Part shown: positions 28,296 through 38,831 of the stretch, in pieces
Position numbering within the stretch: position 1 is the first letter of the stretch
Layout: every line of letters starts with the position of its first letter
Source of the DNA: an uncultured Clostridia bacterium
GTDB taxonomy: Bacteria; Bacillota; Clostridia; TANB77; CAG-508
NCBI GenBank assembly: GCA_934130435.1
Contig: CAKOYB010000006.1
Location: 3,392-67,391 of the forward strand
Direction of reading: 5' to 3'
DNA length: 64,000 bases
Notes under the pieces: generated by a model
Database searches by the model: none
The model's input: the letters and a program-made list of their open reading frames with translations, nothing else
What the model was told of the DNA's origin: nothing
Position numbers and translations under genes: made by a program

Positions 28296-30578
28296 TTAAT
28301 TACTCATAGATATTCCTATCAAATTCTGAAGTTCAACATAATCAGCTGATGTTACTTCTCCATCTCCATTTAAATCATAATGTTGTATCATCGCTGGTGA
28401 TAATTCGAAACCAGTTGTCCCTCTAATATAGTTTCTTATTATGATTAAGTCCGCCACTGTATATATTGTTGATGCTCCATCATTCTTCACGAAAACTTTT
28501 CCATTACTTAAGCCTTGTTCATTTATTATCCATCCACCAATATTTCCGTTCGAACTTGTTATTTTACCTTTAAATTCTCCATCAACACAGATCATTTTTC
28601 CGTCTTTATCTACAGTAAATTTATCACTTGTTATAATAATGTTTTTACTGCTCAAATTAATTGTATTCCCTGCTAACAAATTTAAAATATCCATTGCAGA
28701 TAAATTAATTTTTAATGCATCTATTCCGACCGTTTCAGCAGATTGATTAATTTTTGAAATAATTTCATCATTTCCCACCTTCTTACTTACTTCTGAGTTA
28801 ACCTCTTTTGATGTTTGTCTTATGCTAGATCTCATTTCTGCTTTAGTTGCAAAACCGTTTGCTAATTCATTCTTAATCATGTATGTAGCTGTTAGTATTG
28901 CATTTGGAAATCCTTCCATATACAATGTATTTGTTCCTTCTTCTAATATAAGTTCAATTGACCCCAACTCAATTGTTTTGGATTCATCTAAAACATGCTC
29001 ATAACCAGCATCATCTAATTCTATTTTTTGAATTACATAAGCTTTTCCATCTTTTATATGAAATTCATCTTTCACTTCTCCCAATGTCCTTAATGTAAAG
29101 TCTGGTAACGATATCTTTACCATTGTATTATCTGGTTTTATGTGAATTAATGTTGTATCTAATAAATATGTATAATCACTTACATATGTAGCTTTAGATT
29201 GCTTTTGCGGTTTACTTGGTGCTAATGTGCCTAATGGAGCTAAGTCTGGCATAGGAACTGTACCATAATTACCTATTGTGTCGTCTGCTAAAGTTGATAC
29301 CTTTATGTCTCCCGTAATTATTAATTCTCCAATTTCACTATAAGCACAATTTTCTAAATTTACTCTATTTCCAGTAACGGTATTTATTAAAGTTACTATT
29401 TCTTCTACTTTGCTATTTAATCCATCTATATCCGCTGTTATCGTTGTTGTTTTCTCGCTTCTATCTCCTATTTGAGATATAATTCCTTCTATTTTTTTTC
29501 CTTGTTTATTTACATTCAAATTTGTTTGGTCTATCTTTTTATCTGTTTCATCTGCATATTTATATTCTGTCTCCGTTTCTTCTGGTTTATCTAAATATAA
29601 GTTTTCAGTTAATCCATCATCTATATTTATTTCATCATTTAATAAGACTGTTTTATATGTTACATTATTTAATTTTAAATTAAATATGTCACAAGTTTCT
29701 AAAAATAAAATTCCTTTACTTTGTATATCAAATATATAAAATTCTAGTGTTTTTAAATAATTAAACATTTCATCTATATAATCCGCTCTATCATTTGTAC
29801 TTAATAATTGACAATCAGAAATTCTATATTCATGTAATCCATTTTCAGTTATGCTGTTATCATCTTTTCTATAAATATTATCGCTTTCTTCTGCTCTGCT
29901 AAATACTAATGAATTAATAAAATATTTTTCTCCGACAGTTACATTATCTTCATCTAAATAACTTTCATCAATTGTTTCATTTGTTTCAGTAAAATATTTT
30001 AAATAGAAGTTATCTCCATTAAAAAATAAAAAACTACAAGTTATTGTAGCCAGTTCGTCTAATGCATCTCTAAAACTATATTTAATTCCAGTATGCAAGT
30101 TTGGATCTACCATCTTTTCAGAGTTAATAAAAGTAGCTGGAATATTATCTGTATTCCAGCCAAATCTTTCACATATTGCTATTAAATAATTTCTAGTAGT
30201 TAATTTTTCAGCAAGTTCTAAATCATAATCAATCATAGCTTCTTTCATTTTTGTATATGCGATAATTCTATATGAATTTGTATCTTCTTGCCTTTCACAA
30301 GTATGCACATAATATGTATTCAAATCTATATACTTGTAAACTTTTTCATTTACTTTTATTCCAATTCTACCACTTATTTTAGTATCTTTTGGTATATATA
30401 CTTTTGAATCAAGTTCTATTTGATGCATAATTGTTTTAAACAATGGAGTAGTGAATGAAGGCTTTATAGAATTTAAATTATCCGCATTAAAATCAGAGTT
30501 ATTTACTTTTAATTTTATATTAAATTGTCTGCCGTATGTTTTTAAATCAATTTTAAAACTTTCTGGTACATTTATCAT
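28296..30578 (-). CDS. tail-associated lysin/tail tip protein (Tal; 'phage minor structural protein, N-terminal region') with C-terminal dockerin/EF-hand-like motif
   Basis: N-terminus MINVPESFKIDLKTYGRQFNIKLKVNNSDFNADNLNSIKP typical of the siphovirus Tal N-terminal domain; 760 aa; C-terminal DLNGDGEVTSADYVELQNLI. Confidence 0.7.
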   Translation of the reverse strand: MINVPESFKIDLKTYGRQFNIKLKVNNSDFNADNLNSIKPSFTTPLFKTIMHQIELDSKVYIPKDTKISGRIGIKVNEKVYKYIDLNTYYVHTCERQEDTNSYRIIAYTKMKEAMIDYDLELAEKLTTRNYLIAICERFGWNTDNIPATFINSEKMVDPNLHTGIKYSFRDALDELATITCSFLFFNGDNFYLKYFTETNETIDESYLDEDNVTVGEKYFINSLVFSRAEESDNIYRKDDNSITENGLHEYRISDCQLLSTNDRADYIDEMFNYLKTLEFYIFDIQSKGILFLETCDIFNLKLNNVTYKTVLLNDEINIDDGLTENLYLDKPEETETEYKYADETDKKIDQTNLNVNKQGKKIEGIISQIGDRSEKTTTITADIDGLNSKVEEIVTLINTVTGNRVNLENCAYSEIGELIITGDIKVSTLADDTIGNYGTVPMPDLAPLGTLAPSKPQKQSKATYVSDYTYLLDTTLIHIKPDNTMVKISLPDFTLRTLGEVKDEFHIKDGKAYVIQKIELDDAGYEHVLDESKTIELGSIELILEEGTNTLYMEGFPNAILTATYMIKNELANGFATKAEMRSSIRQTSKEVNSEVSKKVGNDEIISKINQSAETVGIDALKINLSAMDILNLLAGNTINLSSKNIIITSDKFTVDKDGKMICVDGEFKGKITSSNGNIGGWIINEQGLSNGKVFVKNDGASTIYTVADLIIIRNYIRGTTGFELSPAMIQHYDLNGDGEVTSADYVELQNLIGISMSN

Positions 30579-30958
30579 TCATAATACTCCCTTTTCTTGT
30601 TTGAAATTACTGCACTACTGTATCCTTCTACTTTACCCAAATATTTCTGCGAATATTCTTGGTCATTCGAATAGCAAGACATATTTGTTACTTTTTTCTT
30701 TAGATCTGGATTATAAAATGTTACTTTATTTTCAGCCTTATTAAAAAGAGATAGGATTACTCCTACCTCTTCATCATTTAATTTTCTATAAGTCATTGTT
30801 ATTTTTGGGTATATACCTTTTAATGTTCCAGAATTATCTCCAGACAAAGCTCTTCCTGTGTCTTTTCCCCATATCTTATGATAACCAAATTTTGCATCTA
30901 TTAAGTACGGAGCCATTTTTACACCATCTATTATTAGATCTTCTTTATTTAATAGCAT
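30575..30958 (-). CDS. short distal tail protein (Dit-like)
   Basis: Located between TMP and Tal; 127 aa, smaller than typical Dit. Confidence 0.35.
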   Translation of the reverse strand: MLLNKEDLIIDGVKMAPYLIDAKFGYHKIWGKDTGRALSGDNSGTLKGIYPKITMTYRKLNDEEVGVILSLFNKAENKVTFYNPDLKKKVTNMSCYSNDQEYSQKYLGKVEGYSSAVISNKKREYYE

Positions 30959-30960
30959 AA

Positions 30961-32997
30961 TTACCTCCCGTTTCTAGCAAAGGCTAGTTCTTGCTGTCTT
31001 TTTGCAATTCCTCTTTGTATTACTCTACCGTCCATATTAATTATGTAAGAACCACCATTTCCACCAATTTTTGATGCAAGTTTATCTGCTAACATATCTA
31101 GCCATTCCATATTATTTTCTAATGGTACAACAGCTTCTTTTCCTGTTTCTCCTATAATTGCTTGGGTAGGTTGTGAAATCACACCACCTTTAGCAAGTCT
31201 TGGAAGATTAAATGTGCTCAAATAGCCTAAATTAATTCCTGGTACTTTATTTATTACCCCTACTAGTTTATTAATTGATCTAATTGGAAAGTTTAATATA
31301 TTCTCAATAGCTCTCAAAACTCCATTTACAACAGCTTTAAATGTTCTTGCTATTATATTTCCTACTGTTTTTCCAACTGTTGCTACAACACTTTTTATGC
31401 TATTCCAAACAGAAAAGAATACTCCTTTTATCCCTTGCCAAATACTTGTAAAAATTTTCTTTATTCCTTCCCAAGCCATTTTCCAATTGCCAGTGAATAC
31501 ACCTTTGATAAACATTATAAATCCATCAAATATTCCTTTTACCATTGTAAATATGCTGTTGAATAGATTTAACAAGTTGTTCAAGTTATTAACAAACATG
31601 TCATAAATGTTTCCAATGGTATCCCCAAACATTTCATGAACCCAATCACTTTTACCTGCTAACCAATCAATCCCTTTTTGTAAAAATGTTTTTATTTGCT
31701 CCCAGTATTTAACTATTATACCTACAATCAGTATTATTGCCCCTGCTATGATTACTGGAGCACCTGCTGCAACCCCCAATACACTGGCAATAATTACTCC
31801 TACACCTGTAATTATTAAACCTATATTAGATATAATTTTCCCAAAGTTTTCCCAACTTGGATCTTTTAAGTACTTAATTATTGCTTGTATTAATCCAACT
31901 ATTCCTGTAATGATTATACCGAGTCCTAACGCTTTAATTCCATCTAAGCCAAACTTACACGCAAGTAAACCAGCTGAGACACCTGCTATGACTGATAATA
32001 TTAAATCCTTATTATCTATTATCCATTTTAACCATTCAGGAATTTCTCCTGACATATTGCTTAAATCCATGCCTGGAGTTCCAACTCCATTTCCTCCGCC
32101 AGAAGAATTGCTATTTGTATCTTGTAACACATTCATTTCATCAAAGCTCTGTAATGACTTTTGAATTTCTTTAGCTGATTTAGCTGTACCCCCTGCACTT
32201 TTCTGCATTTTTTTAAATGCTTTTGCACTTGAATTGGCAAATATGTTTATTCCAAACCATGATTGCATTATTGCATTTATGTAACTTAATGCTGTATATA
32301 GTAGTCTGGTAAGCCATTGAACTGCTGGTGCTACAAGGTTTGCTATGCAGTAGCCCATATATTGCAAATCTGTTGCTATTTGAGGATTATATTGACTAAC
32401 CAAACTAACTGCTCTTCTTACTGCATTCCAAGCAGTTCTAATTCCTATAACAGCCATAGCCATTTTTCCTATTTTAGATATTTGACCAGTTATTCCTTTT
32501 CCTATTCCATTTATAGAATTTTTTATACCCTCTGCCTTTATTGATTCTATTTTATTTTTAAACTGCTGCATTTTCGCATTATTCTCTGTTTGCTTTGATT
32601 TTACTTTATCTAACTTTGCACAAACTTTTTCTATTTTAGGTGCTTGTTTATCTATTTCAGCTGTAGCTTGTGAATATTTTTGTTGCATATCTGAAATCTG
32701 TGATTTTATATTTGAATATTCTGGTGTGTCAACAGAAACTGCAAGAGCTGGATTATTTTTAAGCATTATATCTTTTTCTTTATTTAATTCTTTTATTCTT
32801 TGTTTATATCTATCTGCGTTTGCTTGTAATTCCTGATAATTATCTAATTCTTTCTGCAGTGAATTTTGCTCTGCACTGGATTTTGAATTATCTTCTTGTA
32901 ATTTTTTAATTTTATTTTCTAGTTCTGTTATCCCTTTATCTACATCTTTATTGTCTATTTTGGTTTTTATTTTTAGGTAACCGTCCAATCGTATCAC
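30961..32997 (-). CDS. tail tape measure protein
   Basis: 678 aa; N-terminal coiled coil, central Gly-rich TM-like hydrophobic block, C-terminal domain; position after the chaperone pair. Confidence 0.8.
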   Translation of the reverse strand: MIRLDGYLKIKTKIDNKDVDKGITELENKIKKLQEDNSKSSAEQNSLQKELDNYQELQANADRYKQRIKELNKEKDIMLKNNPALAVSVDTPEYSNIKSQISDMQQKYSQATAEIDKQAPKIEKVCAKLDKVKSKQTENNAKMQQFKNKIESIKAEGIKNSINGIGKGITGQISKIGKMAMAVIGIRTAWNAVRRAVSLVSQYNPQIATDLQYMGYCIANLVAPAVQWLTRLLYTALSYINAIMQSWFGINIFANSSAKAFKKMQKSAGGTAKSAKEIQKSLQSFDEMNVLQDTNSNSSGGGNGVGTPGMDLSNMSGEIPEWLKWIIDNKDLILSVIAGVSAGLLACKFGLDGIKALGLGIIITGIVGLIQAIIKYLKDPSWENFGKIISNIGLIITGVGVIIASVLGVAAGAPVIIAGAIILIVGIIVKYWEQIKTFLQKGIDWLAGKSDWVHEMFGDTIGNIYDMFVNNLNNLLNLFNSIFTMVKGIFDGFIMFIKGVFTGNWKMAWEGIKKIFTSIWQGIKGVFFSVWNSIKSVVATVGKTVGNIIARTFKAVVNGVLRAIENILNFPIRSINKLVGVINKVPGINLGYLSTFNLPRLAKGGVISQPTQAIIGETGKEAVVPLENNMEWLDMLADKLASKIGGNGGSYIINMDGRVIQRGIAKRQQELAFARNGR

Positions 32998-33560
32998 CTA
33001 CCTTTTAATTGTTCTTCGAATAATTTATCTAATCTTATTTGTTCTGGTGTTTTGTTTACTTTTCTATTCTTTAATGCAACTTGATTTTTTTGTTCAATCC
33101 ATCTTTCTCTTTCTTTACTGTCTTTTATTTGGCTTATATCAAAATCTCTAACAAATCTTACTCTGTTAAAAACACACTTTTCAGTTAATCCGCAAAGTAA
33201 GTCAAAGAATTGCCACCAGTGCATTTGTGTTTTTGACAAATCTATATTGTAATCACTAAAAAAAGAAGCTTGAATATATCCCCAATCTTCATTAAAGGAC
33301 ATATTAGCTTCTTTCTCCTCGTTGTTATTTTCTTTATTCATATTTAAGTATTTCACAGCAACTTTAAGCAATTTTTGCCAGTCATCTGGATTATTTAACC
33401 CATCATCACCATATAGTAAGTATATTATTGCTAAAGCTCTTTCTTCTTCTGAAATATCGCTTTCAGAAACTTCATTGCATTTTAATGCTACCCTAAAATC
33501 TGTATTTATTTTGTATTTTCTGTTATTAACTAATGCATATTCAATATAACTATTCATCAC
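32994..33560 (-). CDS. tail assembly chaperone (Gp15-like)
   Basis: Position and size; acidic protein upstream of TMP. Confidence 0.5.
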   Translation of the reverse strand: MMNSYIEYALVNNRKYKINTDFRVALKCNEVSESDISEEERALAIIYLLYGDDGLNNPDDWQKLLKVAVKYLNMNKENNNEEKEANMSFNEDWGYIQASFFSDYNIDLSKTQMHWWQFFDLLCGLTEKCVFNRVRFVRDFDISQIKDSKERERWIEQKNQVALKNRKVNKTPEQIRLDKLFEEQLKGR

Positions 33561-34053
33561 TCAACATATCACTCTCAACTACTTTGTATTTATTTTTTAT
33601 TCTATCTGTCATATCTGTAATTGTTAATTTAAATTTATCTTCATAAGGTTTTAATGCTTCTCCTATATCATCAAACATTTCATAGTATGGCTTTCTTCCA
33701 TTTAAATATTTTCTAGTTCCACCTTCGCCCAAAAATAAATCCATTGCTGTTTCCATCTTTTTATAAAAGTTTTTAACTGCTTTTACTTTTGCTTCTTCAT
33801 TATAAGTCAAATAACCTTTTCCCTTATGATCTTGTTTTTTGCTAATTATTATCATTTGCATTTTTAATTCTTTTTTGGCATCACTTATCATTGCAACACA
33901 TTTATTGTATTTAATTGGCAAGTCTATATCCGCCAAATCAAACTCAAGACACACTTCGTTTCCATAATTATCTTTAACTATGTTACCATCCTCATCCATT
34001 ATGCCTAATTTTAAAATATCTTTCTTAGGTTTAATTTTTATATAATTTTCCAT
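33550..34053 (-). CDS. tail assembly chaperone (gp14-like)
   Basis: Position between major tail protein and TMP. Confidence 0.45.
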   Translation of the reverse strand: MENYIKIKPKKDILKLGIMDEDGNIVKDNYGNEVCLEFDLADIDLPIKYNKCVAMISDAKKELKMQMIIISKKQDHKGKGYLTYNEEAKVKAVKNFYKKMETAMDLFLGEGGTRKYLNGRKPYYEMFDDIGEALKPYEDKFKLTITDMTDRIKNKYKVVESDMLSDE

Positions 34054-34142
34054 TTTTCCTCCAATAATAAAAGCACCAGATTTAATCTGATGCTAAATAT
34101 AAAAACACCTGCATTTGCAAGTGTTTTCTACTATTAATTTTA

Positions 34143-34781
34143 TTAGTTGTCTAAATTATCTATTGCATACTGTGCTTCTGATTTAGTAAATCCTTCAACT
34201 GAAGATATCAGTTGTTTATAAACTGCATTCTTTGACATATTCAAATCTTGTTGATATGTTTTTGCTTTTTCCAATGCATTTTTATTCCAATCTGCATCTA
34301 TATTATCTATCGCATATTGTGCAGCTTGTTTGCTAAAACCTTCAATTGATGATGTTAATTGTTTATATATTCCTTGCTTAGACATATTCATTGAAGATGA
34401 ATATATTTCTGCCTTTTTTAATGCATTTTTTTCTTCGTTAGTAGGCTCTTTACCTAAAGAATAAGTTATTATAATTTTATCTCCTTGATGTATTGTACCA
34501 TTTTCATCTACACTCTGGCTTATAAAACTTCCTTTTTTTACTGTATCAGAATATTCCTCTTTTATAGTATATTTAACTTTACTTTCATTGCACCAATTTT
34601 CTATTTCCTCTTTTTTCATATTGCTAAAATCTGCAACTGTTACACTCACTTTACTAGAAGTTTGTATGCTATTTTCATCCTGACTAGCTCCTATGCCTCC
34701 AATAATCACTATAATAACTATTAGCCAAAACCACCATTTCTTATAAATCGCTTTCTTTTCTTTTTTCACATCATTTGACAC
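34143..34781 (-). CDS. ltp: Ltp-like surface lipoprotein (superinfection-exclusion type): N-terminal anchor, PASTA-like domain, two Ltp repeats
   Basis: TM/lipobox-like N-terminus WWFWLIVIIVIIGGIGASQ. Duplicated repeat (ALKKAEIYSSSMNMSKQGIYKQLTSSIEGFSKQAAQYAIDNIDADW and ALEKAKTYQQDLNMSKNAVYKQLISSVEGFTKSEAQYAIDNLD) matching the Ltp family. Confidence 0.6.
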   Translation of the reverse strand: MSNDVKKEKKAIYKKWWFWLIVIIVIIGGIGASQDENSIQTSSKVSVTVADFSNMKKEEIENWCNESKVKYTIKEEYSDTVKKGSFISQSVDENGTIHQGDKIIITYSLGKEPTNEEKNALKKAEIYSSSMNMSKQGIYKQLTSSIEGFSKQAAQYAIDNIDADWNKNALEKAKTYQQDLNMSKNAVYKQLISSVEGFTKSEAQYAIDNLDN

Positions 34782-34885
34782 AATAAAGCTCCTCCTTTTA
34801 TTATATTATAAAAGAAGTATAATACATTGTAATTGCAAAACTTGTCGAATTCTGCGATTACAATGTATTTGTGTTTTTTTATTTA

Positions 34886-35392
34886 TTATTCTGTTGTTTC
34901 TTCTGTAAATGTAGGTTTTCCATTTGCAAATGTAACTGTTCCAAATTTAGGGTCACCAGTATAATTAATTGTGTAGTTTATTTTTGCACTATCTCCACCA
35001 TTTGAACTAATTTCAATTGATACAGTCCATAATCTTGCTCTATATTTTGGTGTTTCTCCTGTTTCATCTACTTTATATTTATCTATCTCTAATAAAGTGG
35101 TTTCTGCTTCTGAACCAGTCAAGAGTCTATATCTTATATTGTCTACAAATTCAAATACTTCATCACCTTTATAACATGTTTGCTCTACACCAGATGTTAA
35201 ACCATAACTGTCTACTGTTACATTTTTATTTTTGTGTATAATCCATTTTTCTTCTGTTTTTTCTGCATTGTAATCAGTAGATTTATCAGTTATTCCTACA
35301 CCAATTAAAGCCCAGTTTTCTGTATTTTCTTTAGGTGTTGTATTTAGATATTCAACTAGATCTTCTCTATTTATCTTTTTTAAAGTTGACAC
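34886..35392 (-). CDS. major tail protein
   Basis: 168 aa, position between head-tail joining genes and the chaperones. Confidence 0.6.
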   Translation of the reverse strand: MSTLKKINREDLVEYLNTTPKENTENWALIGVGITDKSTDYNAEKTEEKWIIHKNKNVTVDSYGLTSGVEQTCYKGDEVFEFVDNIRYRLLTGSEAETTLLEIDKYKVDETGETPKYRARLWTVSIEISSNGGDSAKINYTINYTGDPKFGTVTFANGKPTFTEETTE

Positions 35393-35395
35393 GTT

Positions 35396-35821
35396 TTATT
35401 CCTCCTTAAAATAATTTAAAAAACATTGGATACGATAAATAGCTTCATTTGCATTTGTAGCAAATATATAACCATTTGTAGTCGCACCAATGTCATATGC
35501 TCCAGGTATATCTGGAAAAATTTCTTTATTTTTATTGTTTTCTAACCAATTTCTAATATCTTCAAAAGTTTTAGAATTATCTATATTGTTTTGTATATCT
35601 TCGTTCCAATGTAATTTACTATCAAAAGTAAATAAAAACTGTCTTTCAGATCCTCTTAAGAACTTATTTAGTATTGGATTGTAACCCGCATTTTCATTTA
35701 TAGAATAAGCCTTAACTTTATCTACCAGGTATTCTATATTCAATTCTGCATATTTATCTAAATAAGGACATTGGGCCATATAATCTCTTACTTTCTCTAT
35801 CATTGCTTTTTCTTCTGCCAT
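35396..35821 (-). CDS. tail completion/neck protein
   Basis: Synteny. Confidence 0.4.
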   Translation of the reverse strand: MAEEKAMIEKVRDYMAQCPYLDKYAELNIEYLVDKVKAYSINENAGYNPILNKFLRGSERQFLFTFDSKLHWNEDIQNNIDNSKTFEDIRNWLENNKNKEIFPDIPGAYDIGATTNGYIFATNANEAIYRIQCFLNYFKEE

Positions 35822-36270
35822 TATCTATCTATCTCCTTTTGACCTGCATTTAATATATCTTTAAAATGGTCTGCCAACATTCTCTCAACGAAGTGGTCCC
35901 CTCTTAATGCTCCGCCGTGATAATTTAATTTTTTACCACTTGGAATCTTCTTAATATTAGGTCTACTCCAATATCTTCCACTTACTGGATCATGAAAAGC
36001 ACCTTTCTTATATTTGGGATCAACATATAAAACACCCTCATGCTGATAATGAGCATAGGGTGTATTTATGTTTATTTCTCCACTTCCAACTTTAGTAGAA
36101 TTATACATACTTGTTATCATTTGATTACTATCTTGTGGCATATATTTATCAACGTATCCCATAAAATTACTATCAATAACTTTTTGTGTTCTCCCACCAT
36201 CAAGACCATATTTATCAATAATTTGTTGCTTTTGAATACCACTAAAGGCTACCATGTAATCAACGTTCAT
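35821..36270 (-). CDS. head-tail joining/minor capsid protein
   Basis: Synteny; Minor_capsid-like. Confidence 0.4.
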   Translation of the reverse strand: MNVDYMVAFSGIQKQQIIDKYGLDGGRTQKVIDSNFMGYVDKYMPQDSNQMITSMYNSTKVGSGEININTPYAHYQHEGVLYVDPKYKKGAFHDPVSGRYWSRPNIKKIPSGKKLNYHGGALRGDHFVERMLADHFKDILNAGQKEIDR

Positions 36271-36271
36271 A

Positions 36272-36679
36272 TTAAGCTCCTGTTATAGCAAAATGCCACA
36301 TATCTTCTGAACCATAATCTTTAATAGCAATATTAGTGATTTTCATTACTTCTTGGTAATCTTCTAACAATTTGGTTATAGTAGTAAAATTATCTACCTT
36401 ACCTTTTATTAAATAATCATTATTTTGTAACGTCCACGTTTTTTGCTCTTTTTTGAAATCTTCTGGTTTTTGATATTTTGCATTTCTACTATCATTTATT
36501 AGTATTCTTGCAGATAAACCATCAGTTTTAGTTAGTCGTGTTCCATTTATAGATACCCCATCATTAGAACTCCAAAAACCTTTTACATAGCTTACTTTGT
36601 ATTCTTTTTTATGATTATTATCTACATATTGATTTATTATTGTCATATCTTTATCAAATATATCTTCCATATTAAGCAC
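36272..36679 (-). CDS. head closure/head-tail adaptor protein
   Basis: Synteny. Confidence 0.4.
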   Translation of the reverse strand: MLNMEDIFDKDMTIINQYVDNNHKKEYKVSYVKGFWSSNDGVSINGTRLTKTDGLSARILINDSRNAKYQKPEDFKKEQKTWTLQNNDYLIKGKVDNFTTITKLLEDYQEVMKITNIAIKDYGSEDMWHFAITGA

Positions 36680-37076
36680 CTCTGTACAATAAGCCTGTGT
36701 CTAATAGATATAATCTAATTTCTTCTTTAATCTTAGTCTTTTGATTAGATATTTCATTTTCTAAATCACTTAAGTTAGAAGTGTTTGCAAATGTTCTTGA
36801 CAAGTCTCCTACACTTTCACTAGAGACTATTTTATCAACAGCATTGCTACTTACTAACTTATTTTTTCTTGCTTCTAATTGCTCGATTTTAAATAATATA
36901 TCAGCAACAGAACAAGTTGCCATTTGTACCTCTTCTTGATATTTTGTTATATCCCTATTAAAAATATTTTTTCGTACTTCTGCACTTGCTCTTACTACTA
37001 CTTTTATAAAATCAAGTTCGGGCATGTTGCCCTTATATGTATTTGTATAAAAATTATAATCAATATAATTTGTCAT
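36672..37076 (-). CDS. gp6-like head-tail connector protein
   Basis: Size and position directly after the major capsid gene. Confidence 0.45.
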   Translation of the reverse strand: MTNYIDYNFYTNTYKGNMPELDFIKVVVRASAEVRKNIFNRDITKYQEEVQMATCSVADILFKIEQLEARKNKLVSSNAVDKIVSSESVGDLSRTFANTSNLSDLENEISNQKTKIKEEIRLYLLDTGLLYRGA

Positions 37077-37091
37077 GCCCTTTTACTCCTC

Positions 37092-38084
37092 TTATTTTTT
37101 AAACTTAGCTAAAACAACTTTTGCACCATTTGTTAATGCAACACCATAATATCTTGCTGCAGTTAAGTCATGGATTTGTTTCTTTGGAAACCATTCGTGG
37201 TCTAAAGATGTATCTTTCTTTAAGAAAATAGTTATAGCTGGTAACTCATCTTCTGTATATTCAGTTTCTTCACTATCAGCTTCCATTTTTATTACTGGGC
37301 ATACATAAAATTGTGATGCTGCAGCTAATGCTTTTACTTTATCTCCTGCTTTTAATTCAACAGTTGGGTCAACTTTATCTTGATATTCTGCTAAGTTATC
37401 AGCTGATATTGTTACAGTTCCATTTTCATCTTTTGCATAAGTTACTAGTTTTACTTTCTTAGATTTCTTTACTTGACAACCTGCAACTTTACCGATAGCA
37501 CCTTTTACCATTACACCTGGTTCGTATTTGTCTGCAGATATAAAGTTACTATCTTTTAGCAATGTTCCTTCTTGCGCTGGGTGAATAAATAATACCTTTT
37601 CAATTCCATCTTCTTCATCTTCAAATTTTGTTGAAGCATCTACTAAACCACTATAACTTATTTGAGATGTTCCATCTCCTGATGACATTTTTGCTTTATA
37701 AGCTTCATTCAAAACATCATTATCAACTTTTCCAGCTATTGATTTAGCTAATTGGGTTTCAGCTTGTCCTACTGGATTTCCTAATCCAGAATTAATTGAT
37801 TCTTGTGTTATTGATACAGATTTCATAGCTTTTTTTATAGTAAATGTTGATTTACTTGATGTCATTTTTGTTGTATCTACTTCTTCTCCTTCTGCTATAT
37901 CTTCTGCATCTCCAATATAATTCCAGCTTGGTACTGTTTTAGTATCTCCTGGTACTCCTTGTAAAGTTGTGTCTACCTTTGCATAAGGTGTTAATTTTAA
38001 TTGTGCTTCTATTTTAGCATCTAGCATGTCTCCCATTACTTCTGGGTTAATCATATTTTCCATTTTTGTTACTTCACTTGCCAT
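37092..38084 (-). CDS. major capsid protein
   Basis: 330 aa, follows the scaffold gene; abundant structural-type composition. Confidence 0.7.
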   Translation of the reverse strand: MASEVTKMENMINPEVMGDMLDAKIEAQLKLTPYAKVDTTLQGVPGDTKTVPSWNYIGDAEDIAEGEEVDTTKMTSSKSTFTIKKAMKSVSITQESINSGLGNPVGQAETQLAKSIAGKVDNDVLNEAYKAKMSSGDGTSQISYSGLVDASTKFEDEEDGIEKVLFIHPAQEGTLLKDSNFISADKYEPGVMVKGAIGKVAGCQVKKSKKVKLVTYAKDENGTVTISADNLAEYQDKVDPTVELKAGDKVKALAAASQFYVCPVIKMEADSEETEYTEDELPAITIFLKKDTSLDHEWFPKKQIHDLTAARYYGVALTNGAKVVLAKFKK

Positions 38085-38107
38085 TTAAATTTACCTCTTT
38101 CTTTTTC

Positions 38108-38686
38108 TTATTTTTTTAATTGGTCATACAATTCTTTGTTTTCGTTGTATAACTTTAATCTGTCTTGGTATCCCATTTTATTGAATACCTCTTTTGTTAT
38201 TTGTGTATTTCCAGGCTGTTTGATGTCTCCTGAAAATGTTGGTAAAGGTTTATCATTGTCAAATAAATAATCGTGGCTTTCTTTAATAGAGTTTACTTGA
38301 TCCTCTAACCCTTCCACGATTTCAAATTTGTCATTGTATTTAACCTTTTCCATATCTAGCATTTTACTTAAAATGCCAGTGTCTTTTGCTTTATACTTAA
38401 ATAAAGCTTTGTCTAAAGCGTTTTGCTTTTTAAAATCTTCGATTTCTTTAGAACCTTCTGTTTTACCTCTTTCATACTCAGCTGTTTTAATAGCTTCGAC
38501 GTCCACTTTTTCAAGTTCAGCTATTTTATTATTCTTTTCTGAAATAGTAGCTTCTTTAACATTTATTTGCTCTGTTAAATCATCTACTTTTGCTTTTAAT
38601 GCTGTTGTGTCTTTTCCAGACTCAATCATTATTTTTTCAATTGCATCAGTTTCAAGCCCTAAATCCTCTAAAAATTTTCTTTTCAT
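38108..38686 (-). CDS. scaffolding protein
   Basis: 192-aa acidic coiled-coil protein immediately upstream of the capsid gene. Confidence 0.65.
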   Translation of the reverse strand: MKRKFLEDLGLETDAIEKIMIESGKDTTALKAKVDDLTEQINVKEATISEKNNKIAELEKVDVEAIKTAEYERGKTEGSKEIEDFKKQNALDKALFKYKAKDTGILSKMLDMEKVKYNDKFEIVEGLEDQVNSIKESHDYLFDNDKPLPTFSGDIKQPGNTQITKEVFNKMGYQDRLKLYNENKELYDQLKK

Positions 38687-38831
38687 ATTGTTCCTTTCTC
38701 CTACTACGAACTTTTACGTGTTTTTCGTTCACGATGTAGTTATGCACTTGTTCACGACCTGCATATAGTCGATTTTGGATATAAAAAATAGAAGTTCATT
38801 TTTGAACTTCTATGATTTAACTATTTAATTA

